Source: a virus (lineage: Duplodnaviria; Caudoviricetes). Taken from it: a stretch of 64,000 nucleotides of DNA. The stretch lies in IMG/VR virus record IMGVR_UViG_3300033066_001787, positions 3,650 through 67,649 of that record; one strand, written 5' to 3'. The notes under the pieces were generated by a model that did not search any database, had not been told where the DNA came from, and saw nothing but the letters and a program-made list of their open reading frames with translations. This document shows positions 9,017-17,259 of the stretch, piece after piece (the first letter of the stretch is position 1; the number at the start of each line of letters is the position of its first letter). The position numbers and the translations under genes are program-made.

Positions 9017-9115
9017 GGGAGGGGTTGTGGTAGCGTCTGGTGTTTGTCTCGTGCGACGATCCTCAAACATCCAGGCGTGATAGGGCAATTAGAGGTTCGA
9101 GTCCTCCCTCTCCCA
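9017..9115 (+). ncRNA. tRNA-like RNA (acceptor stem and T arm, long helix instead of D/anticodon arms)
   Basis: GGGAGGG/CTCTCCC-A acceptor; GAGG-TTCGAGT-CCTC T arm; 14-bp helix 9033-9046/9064-9078. Confidence 0.55.
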
Positions 9116-9137
9116 TTTTCATTTCTAAGGTCAGATC

Positions 9138-9350
9138 ATGCCAAGAGTTGGAGAATCTTCTGCGGTCATTTTAGCAAGGAAGCTCGGAGTCAAGAACAAG
9201 AAGCTACTGGCCAAGAAGATTCACAACATGAAACTCGCCTGGCAATATGCTCCTGCTGAGTTCTACTCTGAACCAAACTACAACAACAGCGGGATGACTC
9301 CCAAGCAATACTATGATACTCACGCCAAATTGTTAAAGGACTGGAAATAG
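9138..9350 (+). CDS. small basic hypothetical protein
   Basis: ORF whose stop overlaps the polA start. Confidence 0.6.
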   Translation: MPRVGESSAVILARKLGVKNKKLLAKKIHNMKLAWQYAPAEFYSEPNYNNSGMTPKQYYDTHAKLLKDWK

Positions 9351-11353
9351 TGCAGAGAATCTCTTGTGATACTGAGACAACAGGAAGCGACTTTCAGCAC
9401 AGTTCCAAACCATACTTCATCACAATCGCTGAAGAAGATGGCACACAGTACTTCTGGGAAGCAGATGTCGATCCGGTCACTAGAGAGCCTGATTGGGATC
9501 GAGAAGACCTTGCCGATGTTGAAAAACGGCTGCGAGAGGCCGATGAGGTAGTCTTTCAGAATCCCAACTTCGACGTGCGAGCGTTGATCACCATCATCCC
9601 GAGTCTCAAGGATTGGGACTGGTCTAAGACTCGTTGTACGCTTCTGGCCGACCACCTCATCTGCTCATCTAGACGACATGATCTCACGACTCAGGCGCTG
9701 GTCTACCTTGGAGTGGACATCCAGCCGTTTGAGGATCGCGTGGAGAAGGCTACACAAGACGCTCGTCGGTTCTGCAGATCTAAGCTCAAGGATTGGTTGA
9801 TCGCGAAGAAGGGAAATCCTGACATGCCGAGTCTCACTGAGGAGGCTTGGAAGGCAGACATGTGGCTTCTCAGAGCAGTCGCAAAGAACGAGAACTACGC
9901 TGAGGACCATCCATGGTGGACTCTGCTGGCCGACTACGCGAACACTGACTCCGCGGTCACTCTTCCGATCTATCTTGAGCAGATGAAGCTTCTCGAGAGC
10001 CGAGGTCTGTGGAAGATCTATGTCGAGCGACTCAAGACTCTCAAGCACAGATACTCGTTGGAGACTGTTGGACTGCCGGTCAACGAGGCTCGCATGAACG
10101 AGCTGAAGAAGAAATACACTGAGGAGTCAAAAGCCGCCGGAGAGATCTGCAACAATATCGCAGAATCTTACAATGGCTACCAGTTGATCCTGCCGAAGAA
10201 CGGGCTGAACAAGAACCTGACGACGTTCATGTTCGATGAGATGAAGCTTCCTGTCGTCAAGACTACAGACAAAGGAGCTCCTAGCTTTGACAAGTTCGCA
10301 TTAGACACCTACATGTCGACGCTTCCTGAGAGAGGAAAAGAGCTCACGTTCATCAAGGCGTTGAAGGGTAAGCGCAGTCGAGACACTGCGCTGGGATTCA
10401 TGGAGAGCTACCGACGCTACTGGCTGAAGCTGAAGGGCTCGTGGAGAGTGTTGTATCCGTCTCTGAACGCGACTGGGACGAGGACTCTGCGATGGAGCAG
10501 CAAAGGTCCAAATGAGCAGCAGATCAGCAAGAAAGAGGACTTCAACCTGCGCTACATGTTCGGGCCGTTGCCTGGACGCGAGTGGTGGAGTCTCGACTAC
10601 CAGAACATCGAGCTGAGGATACCTGCCTACGAATCTAACGAGCGGGTGATGATCGATCTTTTCGAGAAGCCAGATGAGCCTCCGTACTTCGGCAGCAACC
10701 ATCTGTTCAGTGCGTCGGTAGTGTACCCAGAGGTGTTCTGGCCGATCGCTGACCAGAAAGGTCTGTTCAAGAAGAAGTACGCGAGCACTTACTACGGCTG
10801 GATCAAGGGATTCAACTTCGCTTTGCAGTACGGCGCGATCGAGAAGTCTGGAACTGCCGACAGAGCGGCGAGACGAAAAGGAGCGCAGGCCGCAGTGCAG
10901 AAGCGCCTGAAGGAGGCGTCTCGTCTCAACCAGCATTACATCGACATGGCGAATCGGCTCGGCTATGTGGAGACGATACCAGACAGTGAGATCTGCCCAG
11001 AGCGAGGGTATCCTCTGTACTGTGAGAAGAACAAGTACGGAAAGGTGCTGGAGACTGTGCCGCTCAACTATCATGTGCAGGGCACCGCGTGCTGGGTCAT
11101 GATGAGAGCCATGGACAAAGTTCAAGATTATCTCGATCAGGTCAACGCGGAGTGTCCTGGGCACGCCATGGTGCTCCAGGTTCATGACGAGCTGATCTTC
11201 GATTTTCCTCAGAGAGCTAACATGGGGAATCTTCCTAAGATCAGAAAGATAAAGAGGATCATGGAGGAGATGGGGACGTTCATCAATGTTCCATTGACAG
11301 TTGGGGTGGAGTATCATCCTGACAATTGGTCTGAAGGTGTGGCTATTCATTGA
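9350..11353 (+). CDS. polA: family A DNA polymerase with 3'-5' exonuclease
   Basis: Exo I CDTETTG, Exo II NPNFD; motif A SLDYQNIELR, motif B KGFNFALQYG, motif C QVHDEL; GTG start. Confidence 0.95.
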   Translation: MQRISCDTETTGSDFQHSSKPYFITIAEEDGTQYFWEADVDPVTREPDWDREDLADVEKRLREADEVVFQNPNFDVRALITIIPSLKDWDWSKTRCTLLADHLICSSRRHDLTTQALVYLGVDIQPFEDRVEKATQDARRFCRSKLKDWLIAKKGNPDMPSLTEEAWKADMWLLRAVAKNENYAEDHPWWTLLADYANTDSAVTLPIYLEQMKLLESRGLWKIYVERLKTLKHRYSLETVGLPVNEARMNELKKKYTEESKAAGEICNNIAESYNGYQLILPKNGLNKNLTTFMFDEMKLPVVKTTDKGAPSFDKFALDTYMSTLPERGKELTFIKALKGKRSRDTALGFMESYRRYWLKLKGSWRVLYPSLNATGTRTLRWSSKGPNEQQISKKEDFNLRYMFGPLPGREWWSLDYQNIELRIPAYESNERVMIDLFEKPDEPPYFGSNHLFSASVVYPEVFWPIADQKGLFKKKYASTYYGWIKGFNFALQYGAIEKSGTADRAARRKGAQAAVQKRLKEASRLNQHYIDMANRLGYVETIPDSEICPERGYPLYCEKNKYGKVLETVPLNYHVQGTACWVMMRAMDKVQDYLDQVNAECPGHAMVLQVHDELIFDFPQRANMGNLPKIRKIKRIMEEMGTFINVPLTVGVEYHPDNWSEGVAIH

Positions 11354-11365
11354 GAGGAGAGTCAG

Positions 11366-12214
11366 ATGACAGAGTTTGCGGCGAGAGTGGAGAAGGACAG
11401 CATCAGCAACGCAGGCAGGCGGTTGATATCGATGGTGGTGACTTATCCGAGGATCATTCACTCTGAAGTGATGACACATCGAGCGTTCGCGAGGAACGCG
11501 AGCTCGTCGAGGGCGATCCCTTTCTCGAAGATGGTCGACCAGGTGATCACGTCGCCGTTCGTCCCGATCAAGTGGGGAGCGGAGCAGAGAGGGATGCAGA
11601 CTGGAGACTCATTGTCAGAGATGGCCGAGATCAAGTGTGAGACGGCCTGGCTGAGGGCGAGAGATCACGCGGTGTGGATGGCCAAGGAGATGCATTCTCA
11701 GGGGCTGCACAAGTCGATCTGCAATCGAGTCCTCGAGCCGTACTCCTGGATCACTGTCGTCATCACGGCGACTGAGTGGTGCAACTTCTTCAGGTTGAGG
11801 TGTCATCCTGACGCAGAGATCCACCTGCAGAAGATCGCCGGAATGATGAGAGACGCGATCAAGAAGAGCTCTCCTGAGTTCGTCCCTTTTGGAGAGTGGC
11901 ATCTGCCGTTCATCGACCAGGCTGATCTGGATACTCCAGGGATCACCGAGGATGATCTCTCTGCCATCTCGACCGCCAGGTCAGCGAGAGTGTCATATCT
12001 GACCCACGATGGTCTCAGAGATCATTCTAAGGACCAAGAGCTGTTCCATAAGCTCGTCACCGGCAGCGGCTTCGGGCACTATTCTCCGCACGAGCACGTG
12101 GCGACTCCTCTGGAGAATCCATACGAGGCTTCTGGGCCATTCAGAGGATGGAGACAGTTCAGAAAGAACTTCGTGTTGGAGAACGCCGAGACGCCGATCA
12201 AGTACTCTCCGTGA
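11366..12214 (+). CDS. thyX: flavin-dependent thymidylate synthase (phage-type ThyX)
   Basis: SEVMTHRAFARNASSSRAIP, NRVLEPY, FFRLR.H..A..H, HYSPHEH. Confidence 0.88.
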   Translation: MTEFAARVEKDSISNAGRRLISMVVTYPRIIHSEVMTHRAFARNASSSRAIPFSKMVDQVITSPFVPIKWGAEQRGMQTGDSLSEMAEIKCETAWLRARDHAVWMAKEMHSQGLHKSICNRVLEPYSWITVVITATEWCNFFRLRCHPDAEIHLQKIAGMMRDAIKKSSPEFVPFGEWHLPFIDQADLDTPGITEDDLSAISTARSARVSYLTHDGLRDHSKDQELFHKLVTGSGFGHYSPHEHVATPLENPYEASGPFRGWRQFRKNFVLENAETPIKYSP

Positions 12215-12223
12215 TCGTCAGAC

Positions 12224-12262
12224 AAAAAGACCTCGCAGTCTTCTCAGGCCGCGAGGTTCTTT
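12224..12262. terminator. bidirectional intrinsic terminator between convergent genes
   Basis: AAAAAGACCTCGC...GCGAGGTTCTTT inverted repeat. Confidence 0.75.
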
Positions 12263-12287
12263 GATTCATCGAAGATCTTCGCCGAGG

Positions 12288-12743
12288 TCACTCGAGGTTG
12301 TTCTTCGCTCCACTCTTCGTCAAGTAGAAAGCTGCTCCCTTGACACCCTCGACAGTTCCTTGTCCGACGAATCCACCGGTCTGCAGTTTTCCCTTGGACC
12401 ATACGGCGCAGTACGCGTCGAACTCGCTCAGCTTCGCGGCTGCGGCGATGGACGCGACGTTGACGCCGCTGAGAGGAGAGGTGGCTCCAAGCTTACGGAG
12501 TCCGGCGAGCGCCATATTGCATCGCTCTGTAGGGGTCTTGCTCGTGTCGGTCTTGCGCTCGACTGCTCCGTTCGTGGCGGCTTTCTTAGCAGGCTTTGTT
12601 TTGGCGGCGACTTTCTTCGCTGGCTTGACGGTCTTCTTCACAGCTTTCTTGGCCGATGCCACAGCCTTGACTGCAGCTTTCTTCACGACTTTCTTGACGG
12701 TGGCGGTTGGCTCGGTGGCGACGGCGGTCTCGAGATCAGACAT
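12288..12743 (-). CDS. histone H1-like Lys/Ala-rich DNA-binding protein with C-terminal winged-helix-like domain
   Basis: KKAAVKAVASAKKAVKKTVKPAKK repeats; GGAG RBS; own promoter and terminator. Confidence 0.7.
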   Translation of the reverse strand: MSDLETAVATEPTATVKKVVKKAAVKAVASAKKAVKKTVKPAKKVAAKTKPAKKAATNGAVERKTDTSKTPTERCNMALAGLRKLGATSPLSGVNVASIAAAAKLSEFDAYCAVWSKGKLQTGGFVGQGTVEGVKGAAFYLTKSGAKNNLE

Positions 12744-12969
12744 GATTCTAGCTCCATTTGCTTCTTGTCAGAGGTACCTGCCTCATCAGCGTCGGCGAGT
12801 AAGTGCCAGACGGACGATCTTGACGATCGTTTCGGCGTTGTCTCTGTGCAGATTCTACATGTCTCAGAGATCTTGTAAACAGAGAATTCACATATTTTTG
12901 TAAAATTCTTGAAGAAATATCCTCGTCAGCCTCATGATAAGATCGATAGAGGAGCTTCTCTCTAGAGAG

Positions 12970-12998
12970 ATTATCGGTCTTTCACGACGAAAAGTAAA
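12970..12998 (-). promoter_or_regulatory. sigma70-like promoter TTTACT-N17-GATAAT
   Basis: Points at the histone-like gene; motif repeated elsewhere. Confidence 0.65.
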
Positions 12999-13037
12999 CT
13001 TAAAATTACCCGCCAGAACTATTTTTAGGAGAATTTC

Positions 13038-14159
13038 ATGCATCTGACATATAGGAACGCGAACGAGGCGTTCATCGAGTTGGTCGAGCGATTCGCGATA
13101 GCGGATGACATCATCAGGTCTGGAAAAGCATGGACGCCTTTCTCCAAGAAACCTTCCCGCGTTGGAGAGGTGATCCAGATCGACGAGCCAGTCATCATCA
13201 CGTTTGAGAAACCCCGAGAGCGAGTCCTGTTCAACCAAGAACGAGACTGCAATCCATTCTTTCACGTGTTCGAGACTCTTTGGATGCTTGCTGGTCGAAA
13301 CGATATCGCATCATTGGAGTATTACTCGTCTGGGTACAAGGCTCAGGTGGATGACGGAGATGGAGTTGCCAACGGAGCATACGGGTATCGGTGGAGAGAA
13401 TCACATGCGTTTTTTATCAATAACTCTGCAGAATGGGATGAAAGATACATTGATCAACTCAAGATCATCATCGATCATTTGAAGAAAGTTCCAAATTCTC
13501 GTCGTGCAGTTCTCCAAATGTGGAACGTTCAAGATGATCTGCGTAAGATTGGCCCAGAGAACCAGTCGAAAGATGTCTGCTGTAACACTGCTGCGTACTT
13601 CTCTCTGAGGAAAACACAAGAGGATATTCCGGGCGTATTGTCACAACAACCCTTCAACATAACATACCTTGACATGACGGTCACCAACCGTTCCAATGAT
13701 CTGATCTGGGGATTGCTAGGAAGTGATCAAGTCAACTTGTCATTTCTTCAGGAGTACATCGCCAACTGCCTGGGAGTCCAAGTTGGTAAGTACAACCAGA
13801 TGAGTAACAATCTTCACGTCTACACTGAGAGGTTCAAGCCAGAGCAATGGCTGAGTTGGGTTCCTGATGGAGCTCAAGTGTACGAGGACAATCTGAGGTA
13901 TTATCCTCAGCTAGTGCAGAATCAAGAGACGTTCGACAAAGAAGTCATTGGGTTCTGCAATAACATCGAAGGACCGTGGAGAGAACCATTTCTTCAAGAT
14001 GTTGCTCGGCCGATGTGTATGGCGTTCGCTGCACACAAGAGTCGACATTATGACGTCGCGATCAACGTTCTCATGAACGAAGTCGCCGCCCATGACTGGC
14101 GCATCGCCGGAAAAGACTGGTTGGCTAAGCGACGACAAGCATGGGAGGCGAAGCAATGA
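13038..14159 (+). CDS. thymidylate-synthase-fold pyrimidine hydroxymethylase, predicted dCMP-specific
   Basis: GAYGYRW, DQL, SRRAVLQMW, KDVCCNT (catalytic Cys), NRSNDLIWG..GSD, SNNLHVY; AGGAG RBS. Confidence 0.85.
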   Translation: MHLTYRNANEAFIELVERFAIADDIIRSGKAWTPFSKKPSRVGEVIQIDEPVIITFEKPRERVLFNQERDCNPFFHVFETLWMLAGRNDIASLEYYSSGYKAQVDDGDGVANGAYGYRWRESHAFFINNSAEWDERYIDQLKIIIDHLKKVPNSRRAVLQMWNVQDDLRKIGPENQSKDVCCNTAAYFSLRKTQEDIPGVLSQQPFNITYLDMTVTNRSNDLIWGLLGSDQVNLSFLQEYIANCLGVQVGKYNQMSNNLHVYTERFKPEQWLSWVPDGAQVYEDNLRYYPQLVQNQETFDKEVIGFCNNIEGPWREPFLQDVARPMCMAFAAHKSRHYDVAINVLMNEVAAHDWRIAGKDWLAKRRQAWEAKQ

Positions 14160-14512
14160 CCTTCTGCTGTCCTCGCTGCGACAAGGTCTATGAAGATGAT
14201 TGCCAAGTGGACGACTGCATGTGTGGTTATCCAATTTCAAGAATGACACTACGAGAGGAGATCCAGATGAGCCAGTATCTAATCCAAGCAGACGCGACGG
14301 CCAAGGCGAGAATCCAATGTATCCAATTAGTGACTAAAGCAGCAGTGAGTCTTGCATCACCGTCCACCACGCCGGCGATCGTCGACAACCTGCTCGACAA
14401 CCTCAAGAGGGAGATCGAGAACCTTCAGTTCAACAATCGAAAGCTGTATGAGATGAAGATAGACAAGGAGAACGTTGAGGCAGCTGCACGGAAAGGATTT
14501 GAAAGTAAGTGA
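14156..14512 (+). CDS. hypothetical protein with N-terminal zinc ribbon
   Basis: CPRC...CMCG; ATGA overlap. Confidence 0.5.
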   Translation: MTFCCPRCDKVYEDDCQVDDCMCGYPISRMTLREEIQMSQYLIQADATAKARIQCIQLVTKAAVSLASPSTTPAIVDNLLDNLKREIENLQFNNRKLYEMKIDKENVEAAARKGFESK

Positions 14513-14545
14513 CAATTGCGGGTCTTACATAACAAGGAACATTTG

Positions 14546-14770
14546 ATGAAAAAACAAACTAAATCTTGTAATTGTATTGAGGACTGCAACAAAGAGCTCG
14601 CAAAACAAGGATTGAAACTTGATACAGATTTTGAGTTCAATTTTACAACAGGTCAAGCAAATCTTGCTATCAGTATCAAGACTAAAAAGTTGCCAACAAA
14701 CACGAGTAGAAAGAAACCTTTAGTCTTAGCCTGTTCCTATTGTCCCTTTTGCGGAAAGAAGCAACGATGA
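14546..14770 (+). CDS. small Cys-containing hypothetical protein
   Basis: CNC...YCPFCG; AAGGA RBS. Confidence 0.6.
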   Translation: MKKQTKSCNCIEDCNKELAKQGLKLDTDFEFNFTTGQANLAISIKTKKLPTNTSRKKPLVLACSYCPFCGKKQR

Positions 14771-15174
14771 AGACTTGGGAAGAAGACTTGATGGACCTGC
14801 ACGCTAAGTTCGGCGTGGGAGCTATTGTGGAGAAGATGCCACCTGACGTGCTGAAGGCGTTCTTGGAGTTCAGGAAAGACTTCATAGCGGAAGAGTGCAC
14901 TGAGCTGCGCGATGCCACCACTGCAGACGGAGTTGTCGACGCGTTGATCGACCTATGCGTGGTCGCGGTAGGGACGCTGGAGGCGTTCAACGTGGACGTG
15001 GAGGAAGCTTGGAGGCGAGTCCATGAGAAGAACATGCAGAAGCTGGCTGGAGAGAACTCTGGCCGCAAGAACGCGTTTGGATTCCCTGATCTTGTGAAGC
15101 CTCAAGGATGGACTCCGCCAGATCACAGAGACAACGTTGGACTCCTCTCATTGATATTTGACGAAAGTAAATAA
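14767..15174 (+). CDS. MazG/PRA-PH-like all-alpha NTP pyrophosphohydrolase
   Basis: AEECTEL, VVDALIDL, AWRRVHEKNMQKL, LVKP.GW.PP. Confidence 0.8.
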   Translation: MKTWEEDLMDLHAKFGVGAIVEKMPPDVLKAFLEFRKDFIAEECTELRDATTADGVVDALIDLCVVAVGTLEAFNVDVEEAWRRVHEKNMQKLAGENSGRKNAFGFPDLVKPQGWTPPDHRDNVGLLSLIFDESK

Positions 15175-15560
15175 TGAAGCACTCAGAGTACGCTGATCAT
15201 GTGAAGAAGTTCACTGACGAGATGATCGACACGACGTCGAAGAAGAACCCAGATTACTCAGCCGGCACTGAAGACGCGATGGGGAACTACTACGAAGTCT
15301 CCAACGCGACAGGAGTCACTCCAGTGCAGGCCTGGATGGTGCTGTTGATGAAGCACTTCACCGCCATCATGAGATTCACGAAGACAGGGATGGTGTCGTC
15401 AGAGGCGATCCACGGGCGGTTCATCGACCTCGCCAACTACGCGATGCTTGGAGATGCGTTGGTGAAAGACATGATAGAGAAAGGACTGACGAATGCCAAA
15501 GATACTGTTGGTCGGGGAGAGGATGAACTACACTCCGCCGCAGGCGAGAAAGTATCCTGA
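15174..15560 (+). CDS. DUF1599-like nucleotide-modification-associated protein
   Basis: KKNPDYS, W..L.MKH..AI, SE.I.GR..DLANY. Confidence 0.7.
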   Translation: MKHSEYADHVKKFTDEMIDTTSKKNPDYSAGTEDAMGNYYEVSNATGVTPVQAWMVLLMKHFTAIMRFTKTGMVSSEAIHGRFIDLANYAMLGDALVKDMIEKGLTNAKDTVGRGEDELHSAAGEKVS

Positions 15561-15990
15561 CTATTCATCAGATGATTACTGGAGGATCATGCTGAGGCTT
15601 CAGGCATTCAGAGACAATAGATCAAGGACGAAGCTGAGGAGGATAGGGATAGATCTCAGCTGCATCGAGGTGTTCTCGACGATCAACATCTTGCCGCCTG
15701 CTGGATCGAAAGTTCCATGGAGTCCTTCAGACGCGACGACGGTGATGTCGAGCTGGAGACCTAGACTCAAGGAGTTCGACGTGACGGTCTTGTGTGGAAG
15801 GAGAGCGGCCGAGGCGTTCTCCAGGAGGCTGTTTGGTAGAATGGAGGACTCTTGCGGAAGATTGAAGATCATCGACGGTCTGCGAGTGATGATGATCCCA
15901 CATCCGTCAGGACTGAATCTGTGGTGGAACGACGACTTACAAGTTCGAGAGCTCAAAGAGAGGGTAGAGGAATGCCTAGAGTTGGTTTAG
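15493..15990 (+). CDS. divergent UDG-superfamily protein
   Basis: ILLVGE, INILP, VLCGRRA..AF, IPHPSGLN.WWN. Confidence 0.65.
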   Translation: MPKILLVGERMNYTPPQARKYPDYSSDDYWRIMLRLQAFRDNRSRTKLRRIGIDLSCIEVFSTINILPPAGSKVPWSPSDATTVMSSWRPRLKEFDVTVLCGRRAAEAFSRRLFGRMEDSCGRLKIIDGLRVMMIPHPSGLNLWWNDDLQVRELKERVEECLELV

Positions 15991-16820
15991 ACACGTCGCC
16001 GAAGAAGAGGGCCAGGCATCTTGTCGCAGACGAGCCAGAGTGCAAGCACGGTCCTCGAGAGCAGCAGGCTCTACGACGCCACGATGAGGGAGACTACGAC
16101 AAGACTGATCTCGATAGCAAGAGCCACGGTAAGATGGTCCACCGTGACTATGCAGCTCACTACTTCAGGTGGGGATGGGCGGCGAACTTCTGCAGCAAGA
16201 AGCGAGTGCTGGACTACGGCTGTGGAAAGGAGCAGCCGCTGGCGCGAGTATTGACAGACTTCAACTACCCGTCGCTATATCTTGGACTGGACTTGAACAA
16301 GCTAGACGAGTGGAGCGCTCCATGGAAGAAGGTCAAGGCAGGAGTCGATCTGTGCGCCGCTGGAACTCCTCCGATGATCATCAAGGACTACGGCAAGTTC
16401 GACGTCGGAGTGTCGTTCGAGGTGATCGAGCATGTCCCATTTGACAAGCAGGAAGTCTACCTGAAGAACCTGTCGAAGTGCGTCTCTGACGATGGCATGA
16501 TCTTGTTGTCGACGCCGGTCTATTCCCCAGGGAAAGGCATGGCGAAGAACCACATGTCAGAGCTGATGGTCGATGAGATCTTCTCGTTGGCTGAGATCTG
16601 TGGTCTGGAGGTGGTGAATCGCTATGGCACGTTCGCTGACTACACCTCGTGGAAGAACGCCTTGAAGAATTCTTTATCCTCAGAGGCGTGGGATGAATTG
16701 TGGCCGATTCTTCAGAACGTTGGAGAGTTCTACTCGACGACTGTACAGTCTAACTGGTGGGCTCCGGCGTTTCCTGACATCTCGAGAAACAACGCGTGGA
16801 TCTTCAAGAAGAAAGATTGA
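15972..16820 (+). CDS. class I SAM-dependent methyltransferase
   Basis: HRDYAAHYFRW, VLDYGCG, SFEVIEHV, LLSTP. Confidence 0.85.
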   Translation: MPRVGLDTSPKKRARHLVADEPECKHGPREQQALRRHDEGDYDKTDLDSKSHGKMVHRDYAAHYFRWGWAANFCSKKRVLDYGCGKEQPLARVLTDFNYPSLYLGLDLNKLDEWSAPWKKVKAGVDLCAAGTPPMIIKDYGKFDVGVSFEVIEHVPFDKQEVYLKNLSKCVSDDGMILLSTPVYSPGKGMAKNHMSELMVDEIFSLAEICGLEVVNRYGTFADYTSWKNALKNSLSSEAWDELWPILQNVGEFYSTTVQSNWWAPAFPDISRNNAWIFKKKD

Positions 16821-16822
16821 AC

Positions 16823-17056
16823 ATGTCTACTGCCACAAATGACGATAAGTCTGGAAGAGAATGGTCTGAGCATCTCAAGATAAAGATTCTTGACGCAGAT
16901 GGCTGGCGAAGAGCGCAGATTCCTTTTGATGAGGAGATCGCCAGGGAGCGATTTCTACAACTTGTGTCTCGCTCTACAGTTCAGCTACCAGATGATCCTG
17001 CTCTGCTCGAGGAGATGAAACAAGCATGCCTAAAGTTGGCGAAAGCAAAGAGCTAG
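16823..17056 (+). CDS. hypothetical protein
   Basis: Tiled ORF. Confidence 0.55.
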   Translation: MSTATNDDKSGREWSEHLKIKILDADGWRRAQIPFDEEIARERFLQLVSRSTVQLPDDPALLEEMKQACLKLAKAKS

Positions 17057-17259
17057 TCGAGTATAACCGGGGTGAACCTGAAAAACCTGGAGTCTACGCT
17101 TGTCGAATCCCTGACGATAACTTCTCTGGAACAACAGACTGGTGTAAAGATGTGTTTCTGGTGTGGATTGATGACAGGTGGGGATTTCCTGGTTCAGACC
17201 AAAACTACAGAGGAGAGGTCGTTGGTTGGATTGGTCCATTACAAAGGTCACATAAGTAA
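17026..17259 (+). CDS. hypothetical protein
   Basis: GGAG RBS; P..PGVY...W.GP Trp-rich motif; stop overlaps primase start. Confidence 0.55.
   Translation: MPKVGESKELVEYNRGEPEKPGVYACRIPDDNFSGTTDWCKDVFLVWIDDRWGFPGSDQNYRGEVVGWIGPLQRSHK

Noticed and set aside
9059-9072. CCTCAAA as a tRNA-Sec (TCA) anticodon loop
   Set aside because: No proper anticodon stem; these bases pair in the long helix; acceptor is 7 bp, not 8
8954-9259. 101-aa ORF across the structured intergenic region
   Set aside because: No RBS, overlaps the better 9138 gene, and the sequence is better explained as RNA structure
10301-11479. 392-aa minus-strand ORF over polA
   Set aside because: Antisense shadow of a strongly codon-biased gene; no motifs or RBS
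12786-12863. Minus-strand ATG-TAG followed by a 23-codon open frame in the histone-like leader (possible amber recoding)
   Set aside because: TAG acts as a normal stop elsewhere (e.g. 9348, 25585) and genes tile under the standard code
12009-12903. Plus-strand ORFs 12009-12878 and 12340-12903
   Set aside because: Shadows of the minus-strand histone-like gene; the first crosses a terminator
13038-14159. Ordinary ThyA
   Set aside because: Lacks the PFN motif, has Asp at the specificity site, and ThyX is present
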